Shown piece after piece: positions 9,562 through 19,005 of a stretch of 64,000 nt of DNA. Made by a program: the position numbers and the translations under genes. The DNA is from Ignavibacteriota bacterium (GTDB lineage Bacteria; Bacteroidota; Ignavibacteria; UBA10030; UBA6906). Within the stretch, counting starts at the first letter, position 1. Every line of letters starts with the position of its first letter. The stretch lies in the NCBI GenBank assembly GCA_963801355.1, contig CAWDEM010000008.1:2061450-2125449 (forward strand), in the 5' to 3' direction. The notes under the pieces were generated by a model. It saw only the letters and a program-made list of their open reading frames with translations, was not told the DNA's origin and ran no database searches.

Positions 9562-9589
9562 CGGGGCGGCAAGAAAGATCGCCGCCCCG
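9562..9589 (-). terminator. Intrinsic terminator hairpin downstream of the ferritin gene.
   Basis: A perfect 9-bp GC stem, CGGGGCGGC / GCCGCCCCG, with a 10-nt loop. On the minus strand it is followed by TTTGCATAT. Confidence 0.45.
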
Positions 9590-9616
9590 TACAGGATCAG
9601 GGTGTCCGATACGCTG

Positions 9617-10111
9617 CTACTCTTTTCCCCTCGCACGAAGGTGCCGGTCGACCATGAGCAATGCCGGGCCGGACTCGCCGGACATTTTCAGCAGCTCGAC
9701 GATTTCCGAGGCGTTCTTCTCCTCCTCGACTTGCTCTTTGATGAACCACTGGAGCTCGATCTGCGATGCAACATCTTGCTCTTTTGTGGAAGCTTTATAC
9801 AGGTCGTTGATCAGCGCCGTTACTTTTTGTTCATGTGCGTAGACCTGCTGGAAGATTCCCAGGAGATTCGAAAACTTTGTGACGGGCTTTTCAATCGCCT
9901 GCAGGGTGACGCGGCCGCCCCGTTCGTAGACGTACTTGAACAGCTTCATTGCGTGCGAGAGTTCTTCCTGCCATTGCGCCTGGAGCCAATGCGCCGCGCC
10001 CGGAAGATTCACCGCCTCACAATGGGCGGACATGGAAAGATAAAGATACGCAGACTCGATCTCGTTGCGAATCTGCTCGTTGAACGCATCCTGTAGGGTT
10101 TTACTGAGCAT
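9617..10111 (-). CDS. Non-heme ferritin.
   Basis: The ferritin-like diiron motif [15 protein letters not shown]...[11 protein letters not shown]. 164 aa. Confidence 0.85.
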   Translation of the reverse strand: MLSKTLQDAFNEQIRNEIESAYLYLSMSAHCEAVNLPGAAHWLQAQWQEELSHAMKLFKYVYERGGRVTLQAIEKPVTKFSNLLGIFQQVYAHEQKVTALINDLYKASTKEQDVASQIELQWFIKEQVEEEKNASEIVELLKMSGESGPALLMVDRHLRARGKE

Positions 10112-10238
10112 GGGTGCTGTCCTTTTGACTGGTTATGGAAGTGTTTAAAGCTACCAACTGCGGCACCTAAAGTCAATGAAATCATCAACATTCTCGGGTT
10201 TGCACCATCGCCCCGACGTGCGTATCTTAAACCATTCC

Positions 10239-12203
10239 ATGCGATGGTCATTTATCATATTCATTGCCGGCCTGCAGTGGGGACTTGCCCAGAGTCCCCC
10301 CGAAACCCTTTCGGCCGTGCAGACAGACGGATGTGCGGCCAAACTGCGCGGTCGCACGCCAACGCACCAGGCCTCCGCCGCAGATTTGTCGGTGGATGCT
10401 CTCTACTACCGCCTCGATCTCCGCCTGGACATCCCCCCGGCAATCCTCCGGGGCGACGTCACGGTTCGTGTACGCGTGGTGGCCGACAGCGCCTCGGCCC
10501 TGCTTCTCGATCTCTCGGAGAGCATGACCGTCGACGCAGTGCGGTCGAATGGTCAACTCCTGTCCATCACCCGGCATCCACAAAGCTTCCTGATCCAACT
10601 CCCGCGGTTCTTTTCCAGAGGGGAAGTCATCACTGTGGAAATCGCTTACCACGGCACGCCCGATCCCACCGGGTTCGGAAGCTTTGTCTTCGGATCACTC
10701 CCCGGCGGCCCCTGGATCTGGTCGCTGAGCGAACCCTATGGAGCCCGGGATTGGTGGCCCTGCAGGGACCATCCCCTTGACAAGGCGGACTCTGTGGATA
10801 TTCTGGTCACCTGTCCGTCAGGGCTGCGGGTCGGTTCGAACGGCAAACTGATGGAGGTGCGCGAGAACGGTGACGGCACTGCCACACATTTCTGGGCAGA
10901 ACGCTATCCGATCGCAACCTATCTTGTGTCGATTGCCGTCTGCAACTATGCGGCGTTCTCGAATTGGTTTTTCTACGCTCCTTCGGACTCCATGGAGATC
11001 CTCAATTACGTGCTCCCCGAGCACCTTTCCCTCGCCCGTGAACAGCTCCCCAAAACTGTCGATATGTTGCGCGTGTTTTCCACACTCTTCGGACCCTATC
11101 CGTTTTTGAAGGAAAAATACGGGCATAGTGAGTTCGGCCGCGGGGGCGCAATGGAGCATCAGACCATGACCTCCACGACAACATTCGATGAGGATGTCGT
11201 CGCGCACGAGCTTGCACATCAGTGGTTCGGCGACCTCATCACCTGTGCGACCTGGCAGGACCTCTGGCTCAATGAGGGGTTCGCCACCTACTCTGAGTCG
11301 CTCTATCGCGAAGCCCGCTACGGGTCTTCCGAGTACCGGCGGCTCATCGGCGATCGCATGGCGAGCGCAAAGAACGCAAAGGGATCGCTGTTCAAAACAG
11401 ATACTTCCTCCGTGTCCGCCCTGTTTGCCGTGACAGGCGTGTATGCCAAAGGCGCCTCCGTGTTGCATATGCTCCGGCATGTCGTCGGCGATTCCGGGTT
11501 CTTCCGCATCCTCAAGGCCTATGTCGCCGACACACGCTTCCGGTATGGCACAGCCTCCACTGCAGATTTCCAGAGTGTATGCGAATCGGTTGCCGGAAGA
11601 TCCCTCGGATGGTTCTTCGGACAATGGGTCTACGGTGAATCTTTTCCGCGGTATACGCTGCGGTGGTCCGCAACCGGCTCCAGCGATAGCAGTCTCGTGA
11701 CGGCCACGATACGTCAGACACCGTTGGCTTCATCCCCCGCATATTTTCAAATGCCGGTTGACATCCGGTTCAGCGGCACCGGCAGTGACACGACAGTTAC
11801 CGTATTCAACTCGAACGCCGAGGAGACGTTTGAATTTCGCCTTCCCTTCAAGCCCACCCGGGCTGATCTCGATCCGGACAACTGGATACTGCGAGAAGTT
11901 CTCGACCCCGAACCTCTCCTTCCGCTGACTGCCCAGCTTGACCAGAACTATCCCAATCCTTTCAACGCGGGGACTACCATTACTGTCCGTCTTCCCGGCA
12001 GGACGCATGCCGCCGTGCGCATCTATGATCTCCTCGGCCGACGGATCGCCACCCTTTCCGAGGGGACACAAGAACCGGGAACCCATCCTTTGTATTGGAA
12101 GGGCACCGACGAGACAGGGCGCCACATGGCGAGCGGATCCTATTATGTGCGCCTGGAGACAACCGAAACCACCATTGCACGTCGACTACTACTTCTCCGT
12201 TGA
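10239..12203 (+). CDS. M1 family (gluzincin) aminopeptidase with a C-terminal T9SS sorting domain.
   Basis: HELAHQWFGDL...LWLNEGFATY (HExxH-18-E) and the GAMEHQ exopeptidase motif. Signal peptide MRWSFIIFIAGLQWGLA. C-terminus NYPNPFNAGTTITVRLP...IYDLLGRRIATL. Confidence 0.85.
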   Translation: MRWSFIIFIAGLQWGLAQSPPETLSAVQTDGCAAKLRGRTPTHQASAADLSVDALYYRLDLRLDIPPAILRGDVTVRVRVVADSASALLLDLSESMTVDAVRSNGQLLSITRHPQSFLIQLPRFFSRGEVITVEIAYHGTPDPTGFGSFVFGSLPGGPWIWSLSEPYGARDWWPCRDHPLDKADSVDILVTCPSGLRVGSNGKLMEVRENGDGTATHFWAERYPIATYLVSIAVCNYAAFSNWFFYAPSDSMEILNYVLPEHLSLAREQLPKTVDMLRVFSTLFGPYPFLKEKYGHSEFGRGGAMEHQTMTSTTTFDEDVVAHELAHQWFGDLITCATWQDLWLNEGFATYSESLYREARYGSSEYRRLIGDRMASAKNAKGSLFKTDTSSVSALFAVTGVYAKGASVLHMLRHVVGDSGFFRILKAYVADTRFRYGTASTADFQSVCESVAGRSLGWFFGQWVYGESFPRYTLRWSATGSSDSSLVTATIRQTPLASSPAYFQMPVDIRFSGTGSDTTVTVFNSNAEETFEFRLPFKPTRADLDPDNWILREVLDPEPLLPLTAQLDQNYPNPFNAGTTITVRLPGRTHAAVRIYDLLGRRIATLSEGTQEPGTHPLYWKGTDETGRHMASGSYYVRLETTETTIARRLLLLR

Positions 12204-12209
12204 GCCACT

Positions 12210-13007
12210 ATGACATCCTCACGCGGGACCGCATTCATTACAGGTGCCTCATCCGGCATCGGGAAGGCCTTCGCCCAGCGGCTGGCGCGCGACGGCTATG
12301 ATCTCATTCTTCATGGCCGTCGCGAGCCGCAACTCAAGGCCCTGTGCGAAGACCTGCGGACACGCTACGGGGGAAACATCGAGTATGTCATCGCCGAGCT
12401 TTCCCATCCCGCGGAATTGCGGCAGCTGGAAGACCGGCTGCGTGCCATCCCAGATCTCATGCTGCTCGTGAACAATGCCGGGTTTGGAACGAAGCATACA
12501 TTCGAAGATGAGGAAGTCGGCGTGCTGGACGCAATGATCCAGACGCACATTACTGCGCCTGTCAGGCTGATACACGCCGCGCTCCCCCGCATGCTGGAAC
12601 GCCGCAAAGGCGCGATCATTAATGTCTCGTCCGTGGCGGGTTTCCTGAACTCGCCGGGAAGCGTGTACACCGGCACCAAGGCCGCGTTGACAAACTTCTC
12701 AGAGTCGCTGGATCTTCAGACGCGCAGCAGGGGCGTACGGGTCCAGGCCCTGTGTCCGGGCTTTACGCGTTCGGAGTTTCACGAGCGGATGGGAGTGGAG
12801 ATTTCGGAAGAGTTCTTCAAACACTTCATGAACGCGGAAGAGGTCGTGGACGCATCATTGAAGGCTCTGAAGCGGGGTCAGGTGGTGTGCATCCCCGGGC
12901 TCCGGTACAAATTCGCTGCAGCGGTCCCGCGGTTTCTGCCGAGAAAGGTGATGTACGGGTTGACGTACGTGTACAGAAGGCTCAAAGGACAGAGGCAAGG
13001 GGTGTAG
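12210..13007 (+). CDS. Short-chain dehydrogenase/reductase (SDR).
   Basis: TGASSGIGKAFA glycine-rich motif, NNAG, and the catalytic YxxxK region (SVYTGTKAAL). It lies 7 bp after the M1 peptidase, so it is probably in the same operon. Confidence 0.9.
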   Translation: MTSSRGTAFITGASSGIGKAFAQRLARDGYDLILHGRREPQLKALCEDLRTRYGGNIEYVIAELSHPAELRQLEDRLRAIPDLMLLVNNAGFGTKHTFEDEEVGVLDAMIQTHITAPVRLIHAALPRMLERRKGAIINVSSVAGFLNSPGSVYTGTKAALTNFSESLDLQTRSRGVRVQALCPGFTRSEFHERMGVEISEEFFKHFMNAEEVVDASLKALKRGQVVCIPGLRYKFAAAVPRFLPRKVMYGLTYVYRRLKGQRQGV

Positions 13008-13013
13008 GAACCA

Positions 13014-13054
13014 ATTGACAATTGTGGACCCACAATCCACAATTGTCAATTGAA
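13014..13054. repeat. Perfect 17-bp inverted repeat (CAATTGACAATTGTGGA / TCCACAATTGTCAATTG) with a 7-bp spacer, lying between convergent genes.
   Basis: Read directly from the sequence. It is AT-rich in a GC-rich genome and has no T-tract on either strand. Confidence 0.6.
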
Positions 13055-13128
13055 AGAAAGGCATGACTCCCTTCATGCCTTCCCTCTGTTCGTTCGAAGA
13101 AGCAACCTCCATACGGGACGTGCGCCCA

Positions 13129-15198
13129 TCATTTCGCCGGCTTGGCGAACAGTGTGTCGCCCACCCCCGCGTTCACCTCGCACTTGTCCAGCGTAAACGT
13201 GATGACCTGCCCCATCACGCTCTGCTCCATCTTTGTGGGCATCTGGACTCCGCCGAAGGTTTTGTAATCGAGGAGGTCCGTGGACTGTTCCATCGGACCG
13301 CGCGGCGTTGTGCTGACTGACACTTCGCGAAGCTTCAGAAAGTCCTTCGCATCGAAATAGTGCCGCAATGTCGGACCGGAGGCACCCGTGAATGTCACTT
13401 CATAGGCCTCCCTGCCTTTGATCTCCTTCACTCCGGTGACTTCGGCGGCGAACCCGAGAGACTTGTATGCCGAGTAGAAGTCCATTACTGCGTCGGGCTT
13501 CTTGGCTTCCGTCTGCTCGGGCGTCAGGTCCTTGATCCCCTGCGGTGTCCCGGTCCACCCCGACTTCCCGTCAAAGCCGGCGCGCTGGACCATCCCCATC
13601 ATGTTCATTTCCTCATAGAGCTTGTCCGGGGCCTTCTGGACCGTTTTCACCTTCATCTCCATGCCCTGGATCTTGCCGCTCATCTCCAGTGTCTTGTCCT
13701 TGATCGCCGCATAGGCCTCTTTGCCGCCCACGCGGCTGACATACTTTGCGAAGATCTCATCAGGTGTCAACGTGATCGACCCGGCCGGTCTCTCCACCAC
13801 CTTCTTCCCTTCTTCGTCATACATCGTGACCGCGCCGAACTTTCCCACCTTGTCACGGACATCCTTCGCAGCCCCGACCACCGCGACAAGCATATGATCG
13901 GGATCCAGGTACTGCCGGGCGACACGCCGGACATCCTGGGTGGTGACTGCAGCAAGGCGTTTGAGATAGGTCTTGAAGTGGTCCCGCGGAAGCCCGAAGC
14001 GTTCCACATCAATGGCGTAGGACGCGACCGTGTTCGGTGACTCGAGACTTGCGACAAAGGCCCCGCTGAGTGCATTTTTTGCACGTTCGAGCTCGGCAGC
14101 GTCTACATCTTCATCACGGATGCGCTTGAGTTCATAGAAGATTTCGTTGAGTGCGCTGTCCGTGACGCTGTTCCGCACCGAAGTGGACGCGGTGAATGCT
14201 CCGATGAGTTCGTCCGGGCCCAGGGCACTGTACGCGCCATACGTGTACGAATGTCTCTCCCGCAGATTCATGAAGAGGCGGGCGGTACCGCCTCCCAGAA
14301 CGCGGTTCATCACCGTGACCGGCATGACATCCGGCGATGTCCGGAGGAGTTTCACTCCCTGGGCAACGCGGATGACGGATTGCACGGAACCCGGACGATC
14401 GACCAGAGCAACCTGGAGTGACGGAAGCGGCCGCACTTCCGGATACGTCGTCACCGGCAACGTCCCCTTCTTCCAGCTCCCGAAGTACTTCTTGACGAGC
14501 TTGAGTGCGGTGTTTTTCTCGACATCACCCACGACAGCGAGAATAACCCGGTTTGGCTTGAAGTAGGCATTATACAAGTCGAGGCACTTTCCCCGCGTGA
14601 TCTTGCCAACGGTCTCCTCGGTCTGGATCTCACCGTACGGATGAGCATCGCCATACAATACTCTCTTCCGAACGACATCCACGACGGCATCAGGTTCTGA
14701 CTTGCGTGCCTTGAGACCCGATTGTGTCTGCATCACGACCCGCTCCAGCTCACTCTGCGGAAATGTGGGATGGAGCGTGATATCCGCAAGCAGTTCCAGC
14801 AATTTTTCCGTGTGACGGGAGAGGCCGGAGGCAAAGAGCGCCGTGCCGCCCACGCCGAGTGATCCGCCGATCTGATCGATCTGCTCATCGATCTGATCCT
14901 TTGTGCGCCCGGCGGTCCCGCATTTCATGACTTCACCCATCACGTCCACAACGCCGGCAACCTCGCCCTCGAAGATCGGTTTCCTGTCAATCAGCAGTCT
15001 GATAGCCACCGTGGGCAGTTCGGTGTTGCGGACGACGATCACACGCATCCCGTTAGCCGTGGTCACCAGGTCGTAATCGGGGAACGACACCGCGGGGGGC
15101 GGTCCCGGAGGCGGCATCTTGCTCCGGTCCAGCTGTGCCTCTGTATGCTGCGCCAGCAACAGCGCGCAGCCGACGAGTACCATCAATGTCCGTTTCAT
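13129..15198 (-). CDS. M16 family peptidase, non-catalytic subunit (it lacks HxxEH), with a roughly 230-aa C-terminal extension.
   Basis: Signal peptide MKRTLMVLVGCALLLAQ. It has the insulinase-like fold pattern but no zinc-binding HxxEH. It sits 18 bp downstream of the active M16 gene. Confidence 0.8.
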   Translation of the reverse strand: MKRTLMVLVGCALLLAQHTEAQLDRSKMPPPGPPPAVSFPDYDLVTTANGMRVIVVRNTELPTVAIRLLIDRKPIFEGEVAGVVDVMGEVMKCGTAGRTKDQIDEQIDQIGGSLGVGGTALFASGLSRHTEKLLELLADITLHPTFPQSELERVVMQTQSGLKARKSEPDAVVDVVRKRVLYGDAHPYGEIQTEETVGKITRGKCLDLYNAYFKPNRVILAVVGDVEKNTALKLVKKYFGSWKKGTLPVTTYPEVRPLPSLQVALVDRPGSVQSVIRVAQGVKLLRTSPDVMPVTVMNRVLGGGTARLFMNLRERHSYTYGAYSALGPDELIGAFTASTSVRNSVTDSALNEIFYELKRIRDEDVDAAELERAKNALSGAFVASLESPNTVASYAIDVERFGLPRDHFKTYLKRLAAVTTQDVRRVARQYLDPDHMLVAVVGAAKDVRDKVGKFGAVTMYDEEGKKVVERPAGSITLTPDEIFAKYVSRVGGKEAYAAIKDKTLEMSGKIQGMEMKVKTVQKAPDKLYEEMNMMGMVQRAGFDGKSGWTGTPQGIKDLTPEQTEAKKPDAVMDFYSAYKSLGFAAEVTGVKEIKGREAYEVTFTGASGPTLRHYFDAKDFLKLREVSVSTTPRGPMEQSTDLLDYKTFGGVQMPTKMEQSVMGQVITFTLDKCEVNAGVGDTLFAKPAK

Positions 15199-15216
15199 GG
15201 TCGTGGCTCCTTTCTG

Positions 15217-16605
15217 TTACTGGTTTTCTGTTTTAGGGACGTAGTACAACACCGTGCGGTTTTCGTTTTTCAGATACTGCCGCGCGACACGCCGCAGGTC
15301 CTCGCGGGTGACTTCCTTGTACTTCGCAATTTCGGTGTTGATGAGGTTCGCGTCGCCAAGAAAGAGGTGATAGTCCGCAAGCTGCATCGCTTTCCCCTGG
15401 ACGGTCGAATTCTTCCGAATGAAACCGGTCTCGCGTTGATTTCTGATCTTGGTGAATTCGACATCGGTGATGAGATCCTTCTGCAGGCGTTCGATTTCCT
15501 CCTGCATGACTTTCTCCACCTGTGCGGGCGTCTTGCCGAAACCCGCGATGGCGAGTGCAATGAAGAGACTGGGATCTTCCAGAGGAAGCGGGATGCTCTC
15601 CACCGCGACCGCAAGTTTCTCCTTGTCTACCAGACGTTTCGTCAAACGGGAGCTTTCGCCGTCGGACAAGAGTGTCGTCAGCATGCTCAGGGCGTAGTAA
15701 TCCTTAGTCCCCTGTGCCGGCATGTGGTACGCCATGATGACCGCCGGAAGCTGGATATTGTCGGGGACGCTGTCGCGCACTTCCGCCGACTGAGGAGGTT
15801 CGACCTCGGTGGGCCGGAAGATCTCACCGGCACCCCGGGGAATCTCACCGTAGTACTTCAGGATGAGCGCTCTCGTCTTCACAACATCGATATCCCCTGC
15901 GATCGCAAGACAGGCATTGTTCGGCACATAGAAACTCTTGTAGAACTTCTGGAATTCGTCGATCGATGCGCGATCAATATACTGCGCCGATCCGACCGGT
16001 GTCCAGCGGTACGGATGCACCTTGAATGCGTGAGACATCGTTTTCTCAAGTATGGAACCGTACGGTCTGTTCTCCAGAATCTGCTTCCGCTCTTCCTTGA
16101 CAACTCCACGCTGGGTCTCGACGCCCACCGAATCGATCTTCAGCTGAAGCATTCGCTCCGATTCCAGCCACATCGCGAGCTCGAGCTGGTTCGACGGAAG
16201 TGAAATGTAGTATTCGGTCTTGTCGAAACTTGTGCCGGCATTCAGGTTGCCTCCGGCATTCTGGACAATTTTCTGGAATTCTCCTCGGGGAATATTCGGA
16301 GACCCTTCAAACATGAGGTGTTCGAAGAAATGAGCGAACCCGGTGCGGTCCGGTTGTTCGTTCTTTGACCCGACGTGGTACGCAACCACCTGCGACACAA
16401 TCGGGGCGGAATGATCTTCGTGCAGAATCACATGCAGACCATTCGGGAGTGTGTACTCCTCAAACTTGATGTTGACCTGCGCCGTTGCGAGCAGCGGCAC
16501 GACGGTGAGAAACAACAGGAGCCGCAAGCGTTTCACGGTCTTGTCCTTGTATTGTGGTAGAAGATTCAGAGTCCGGAGAATAGGGTGTGATGCCAGGTAA
16601 TGCAC
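15217..16605 (-). CDS. M16 family zinc peptidase, catalytic subunit (pitrilysin/insulinase-like).
   Basis: The inverted zinc motif HFFEHLMFEG (HxxEH), with a signal peptide. Confidence 0.85.
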   Translation of the reverse strand: MHYLASHPILRTLNLLPQYKDKTVKRLRLLLFLTVVPLLATAQVNIKFEEYTLPNGLHVILHEDHSAPIVSQVVAYHVGSKNEQPDRTGFAHFFEHLMFEGSPNIPRGEFQKIVQNAGGNLNAGTSFDKTEYYISLPSNQLELAMWLESERMLQLKIDSVGVETQRGVVKEERKQILENRPYGSILEKTMSHAFKVHPYRWTPVGSAQYIDRASIDEFQKFYKSFYVPNNACLAIAGDIDVVKTRALILKYYGEIPRGAGEIFRPTEVEPPQSAEVRDSVPDNIQLPAVIMAYHMPAQGTKDYYALSMLTTLLSDGESSRLTKRLVDKEKLAVAVESIPLPLEDPSLFIALAIAGFGKTPAQVEKVMQEEIERLQKDLITDVEFTKIRNQRETGFIRKNSTVQGKAMQLADYHLFLGDANLINTEIAKYKEVTREDLRRVARQYLKNENRTVLYYVPKTENQ

Positions 16606-16623
16606 TGTCGGAACTTCCTCATG

Positions 16624-19005
16624 TCATGGGTCGAGATCAGGATTCTGCCTCACCTCAACGGTGTCCGTCCGCGACACAATTGTCCGCGTTGTCACGGTTG
16701 TCAACTCGCGCCGCAATGTCACCGGAGCCGCCAGGTCCGGATAGGTGACCACAATGCCTTCGATAACCTTCTGCCCGGGTTTCATCGTGAGCGTCACGGG
16801 AACCTCGAGGATGCTGTCCGGAAACGCGTACCATGTCAGGGTCCTGGCTTTTTCCGATTTCAGCCTCCCGGTCCGGCGCGCGCCGGTCGACCACCGGGAG
16901 TGCAGATCGAAGGGCTGGTCTGACCTGTACTTGACCTCAACCAATAACGGTCGGCGGGTGCCGACAAGTTCCACCGTGCGTAAAACAGACTGCGAGGAGT
17001 CATGCAGGGAAGTGTCCGGCCGAATCTCCTGATGGGACGAGACGGCCAGCCATTCGACTCGTGACGGCTTCTCCAGGCGCGGACTGAACACGTTGAGCTC
17101 TCCTTCGAGGACCGAATCGCGGCCCGCAATGCCTACGTGAAGGCCGTCCAGAAATTCAGCGCCCCTGATGTGCAGCACACTCGAATCACTGCCGATCTCG
17201 TAGCGTTGTTCCGCCCTCACTGACCGTTCCCACCGGGCATCATACACAGGACGATTCAGAAGGACGACGGCAAGAATCACGATCGCGGACAGGAGAACAA
17301 CAAGCACCGCCTTCTTCCTGAATTGCTTCAAGAAGGAGAAGTCGTGGCCTGCACTCATAGAGACGGCCGCGAAGCCGAAAACAAAGGGAAGCGACAGGAC
17401 CATGAACACCAAGGCATATCCCACGTCCACCAAACCCACTTTCCACCAACCGTCAAAGACCGACTCCGCCATAGCCCGCTGGAACAACCCGAGGTATTCC
17501 AGAAACACCATATGGAGCGGGAGGTAGCACGCCGCAAGCGCCATCGCACCTTTGACCACAGGGTGACGCACGAGAACCGCGAGCGAAAAGAAGAGAAGTA
17601 CCGACCCGGCATAGAGGGCTATTTCAGGATTGGCGAACATCAGCACGACGAGCGCGGCAATCAGAAGGACAAACACACGGAAGAAATACGGATAGGGATC
17701 TGTACTGATGCGCAGGCGACGGAGCATCTGCACTGCAAGCCAGAAACCCAGGGCACCACACAACAGCGCCAGGGCGACGTAGCCGCCGAAGTTGTTGACC
17801 CAGGGGAAACGATATCCCCGGACAGCCCCGAGGAGGGTCTCAGGGAACCAGATGCATGCCTGTACAATGAGCGCGGCAAGAACAAGCTTTGCGGCGGACC
17901 AGCGGGGCTGAGTGGATTTGTCACGGATCCTGTTGCGCCGCAACTTGGCAAAGGCGACGACAGCGATGACGATCGTCAACGCGTGTACCACCCAGAGCAT
18001 CCAGTGATCCACGAACAGCAGGCTGTTGCCTATCTGGAGTAGATAGTACGCATCCGTGCCGCGTGAGGGCGTGCCGCCATCGAACCGCTCGACGAGCCGC
18101 TGCACAAGCAACCCCGAGCGCGCCAGGCCGTTGGAATCGAATACCGCGAGGTTGTCGAGAGGAGAATGGATCGGGTACGACACGTCGGAGGTGAAATCGA
18201 TGGCGGGAATCCCTTTTTCAATAAAGGGAATGTGATCCGAACCGCCCCCCCCCGGTGTAGAATAATTAAGTGTCGCGCTATGCGTGAGGTACCGGAGATT
18301 CTTGAACCCGAGCTCGTTATAGTACACATCAAATGCGGCTTCGGGAAGCCAGCGTGGAGCACTGACCTGGAACGTTGCGTCGGGATCCATCTCAAGGTAG
18401 CTCGCCCCGTCAGCCATATCGATCTGGATCATGAGTGCGACGCTGTCGATATGCGGGAACTCCTTCACGAAGTGGGTCGATCCCCGGAGTCCCTCCTCTT
18501 CCCCGCCGAAGCAGCAGAAGACGAGTGTGGCAAGACGGTCGCGGGGTGCGAGCACGCGGGCCAACTCCATGACGCAGGCCGCGCCTGAGCCGTCGTCATT
18601 GGCGCCGGGTACGTCAGGGCCGGACGTGTCGATGTGCCCGCCGATCACGATCATGCGCCCGGTTCTCCCGCGGGCGATGCCGACGGCTATGCCGCTCCTG
18701 GTGTTGATCCCTTCAGCGACGTTTATAGGAAGGATGAAAGTCGTGTCGCAACCGTACTCTCTGAACTTCGATGCAGCGAACGCGAGCGCCCGTTGTTCGG
18801 CGGGCGAGCCCATGGGCCGCGGGCCGATGTCGCGGACAAGTGTCTGCAACAAGGCGTAGGCACCGGGGCTGGAGAAATCGTTGTTGGGCAAGGCCTGACC
18901 CCGGCACGGCAGAATTGCCGCACCGAGAAGCGTGAGGATCCCGGCCAGGAGCAGCCGCCGCGGAATCCGCTGGTTGAGGCTGCGGGAGGCTATCAGCTTT
19001 TCCAA
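16624..19005 (-). CDS. M28 family zinc aminopeptidase fused to a polytopic membrane domain (about 8 TM) and a C-terminal soluble domain. 793 aa.
   Basis: M28 motifs HIDTSGPDVPGANDDGSGAACVMELARVL. About 8 hydrophobic helices follow between residues roughly 300 and 560, then a soluble tail of about 230 aa. Confidence 0.8.
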   Translation of the reverse strand: MEKLIASRSLNQRIPRRLLLAGILTLLGAAILPCRGQALPNNDFSSPGAYALLQTLVRDIGPRPMGSPAEQRALAFAASKFREYGCDTTFILPINVAEGINTRSGIAVGIARGRTGRMIVIGGHIDTSGPDVPGANDDGSGAACVMELARVLAPRDRLATLVFCCFGGEEEGLRGSTHFVKEFPHIDSVALMIQIDMADGASYLEMDPDATFQVSAPRWLPEAAFDVYYNELGFKNLRYLTHSATLNYSTPGGGGSDHIPFIEKGIPAIDFTSDVSYPIHSPLDNLAVFDSNGLARSGLLVQRLVERFDGGTPSRGTDAYYLLQIGNSLLFVDHWMLWVVHALTIVIAVVAFAKLRRNRIRDKSTQPRWSAAKLVLAALIVQACIWFPETLLGAVRGYRFPWVNNFGGYVALALLCGALGFWLAVQMLRRLRISTDPYPYFFRVFVLLIAALVVLMFANPEIALYAGSVLLFFSLAVLVRHPVVKGAMALAACYLPLHMVFLEYLGLFQRAMAESVFDGWWKVGLVDVGYALVFMVLSLPFVFGFAAVSMSAGHDFSFLKQFRKKAVLVVLLSAIVILAVVLLNRPVYDARWERSVRAEQRYEIGSDSSVLHIRGAEFLDGLHVGIAGRDSVLEGELNVFSPRLEKPSRVEWLAVSSHQEIRPDTSLHDSSQSVLRTVELVGTRRPLLVEVKYRSDQPFDLHSRWSTGARRTGRLKSEKARTLTWYAFPDSILEVPVTLTMKPGQKVIEGIVVTYPDLAAPVTLRRELTTVTTRTIVSRTDTVEVRQNPDLDP

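Noticed and set aside
9133-9636. 167-aa minus-strand ORF spanning the POT transporter 5' end and the ferritin terminator.
   Set aside because: It is out of frame with the well-supported transporter gene and covers the GC hairpin. Its low-complexity translation points to a spurious ORF.
15145-16203. 352-aa plus-strand ORF antisense to the catalytic M16 peptidase gene.
   Set aside because: It is antisense to a gene with a clear HxxEH signature and shows no motifs of its own. Shadow ORFs like this are expected at this GC content. The same reasoning applies to 17323-18042, 32258-33673, 37886-39181, 41854-42900, 46951-48195, 53395-54624, 58588-59358 and 60772-61467.
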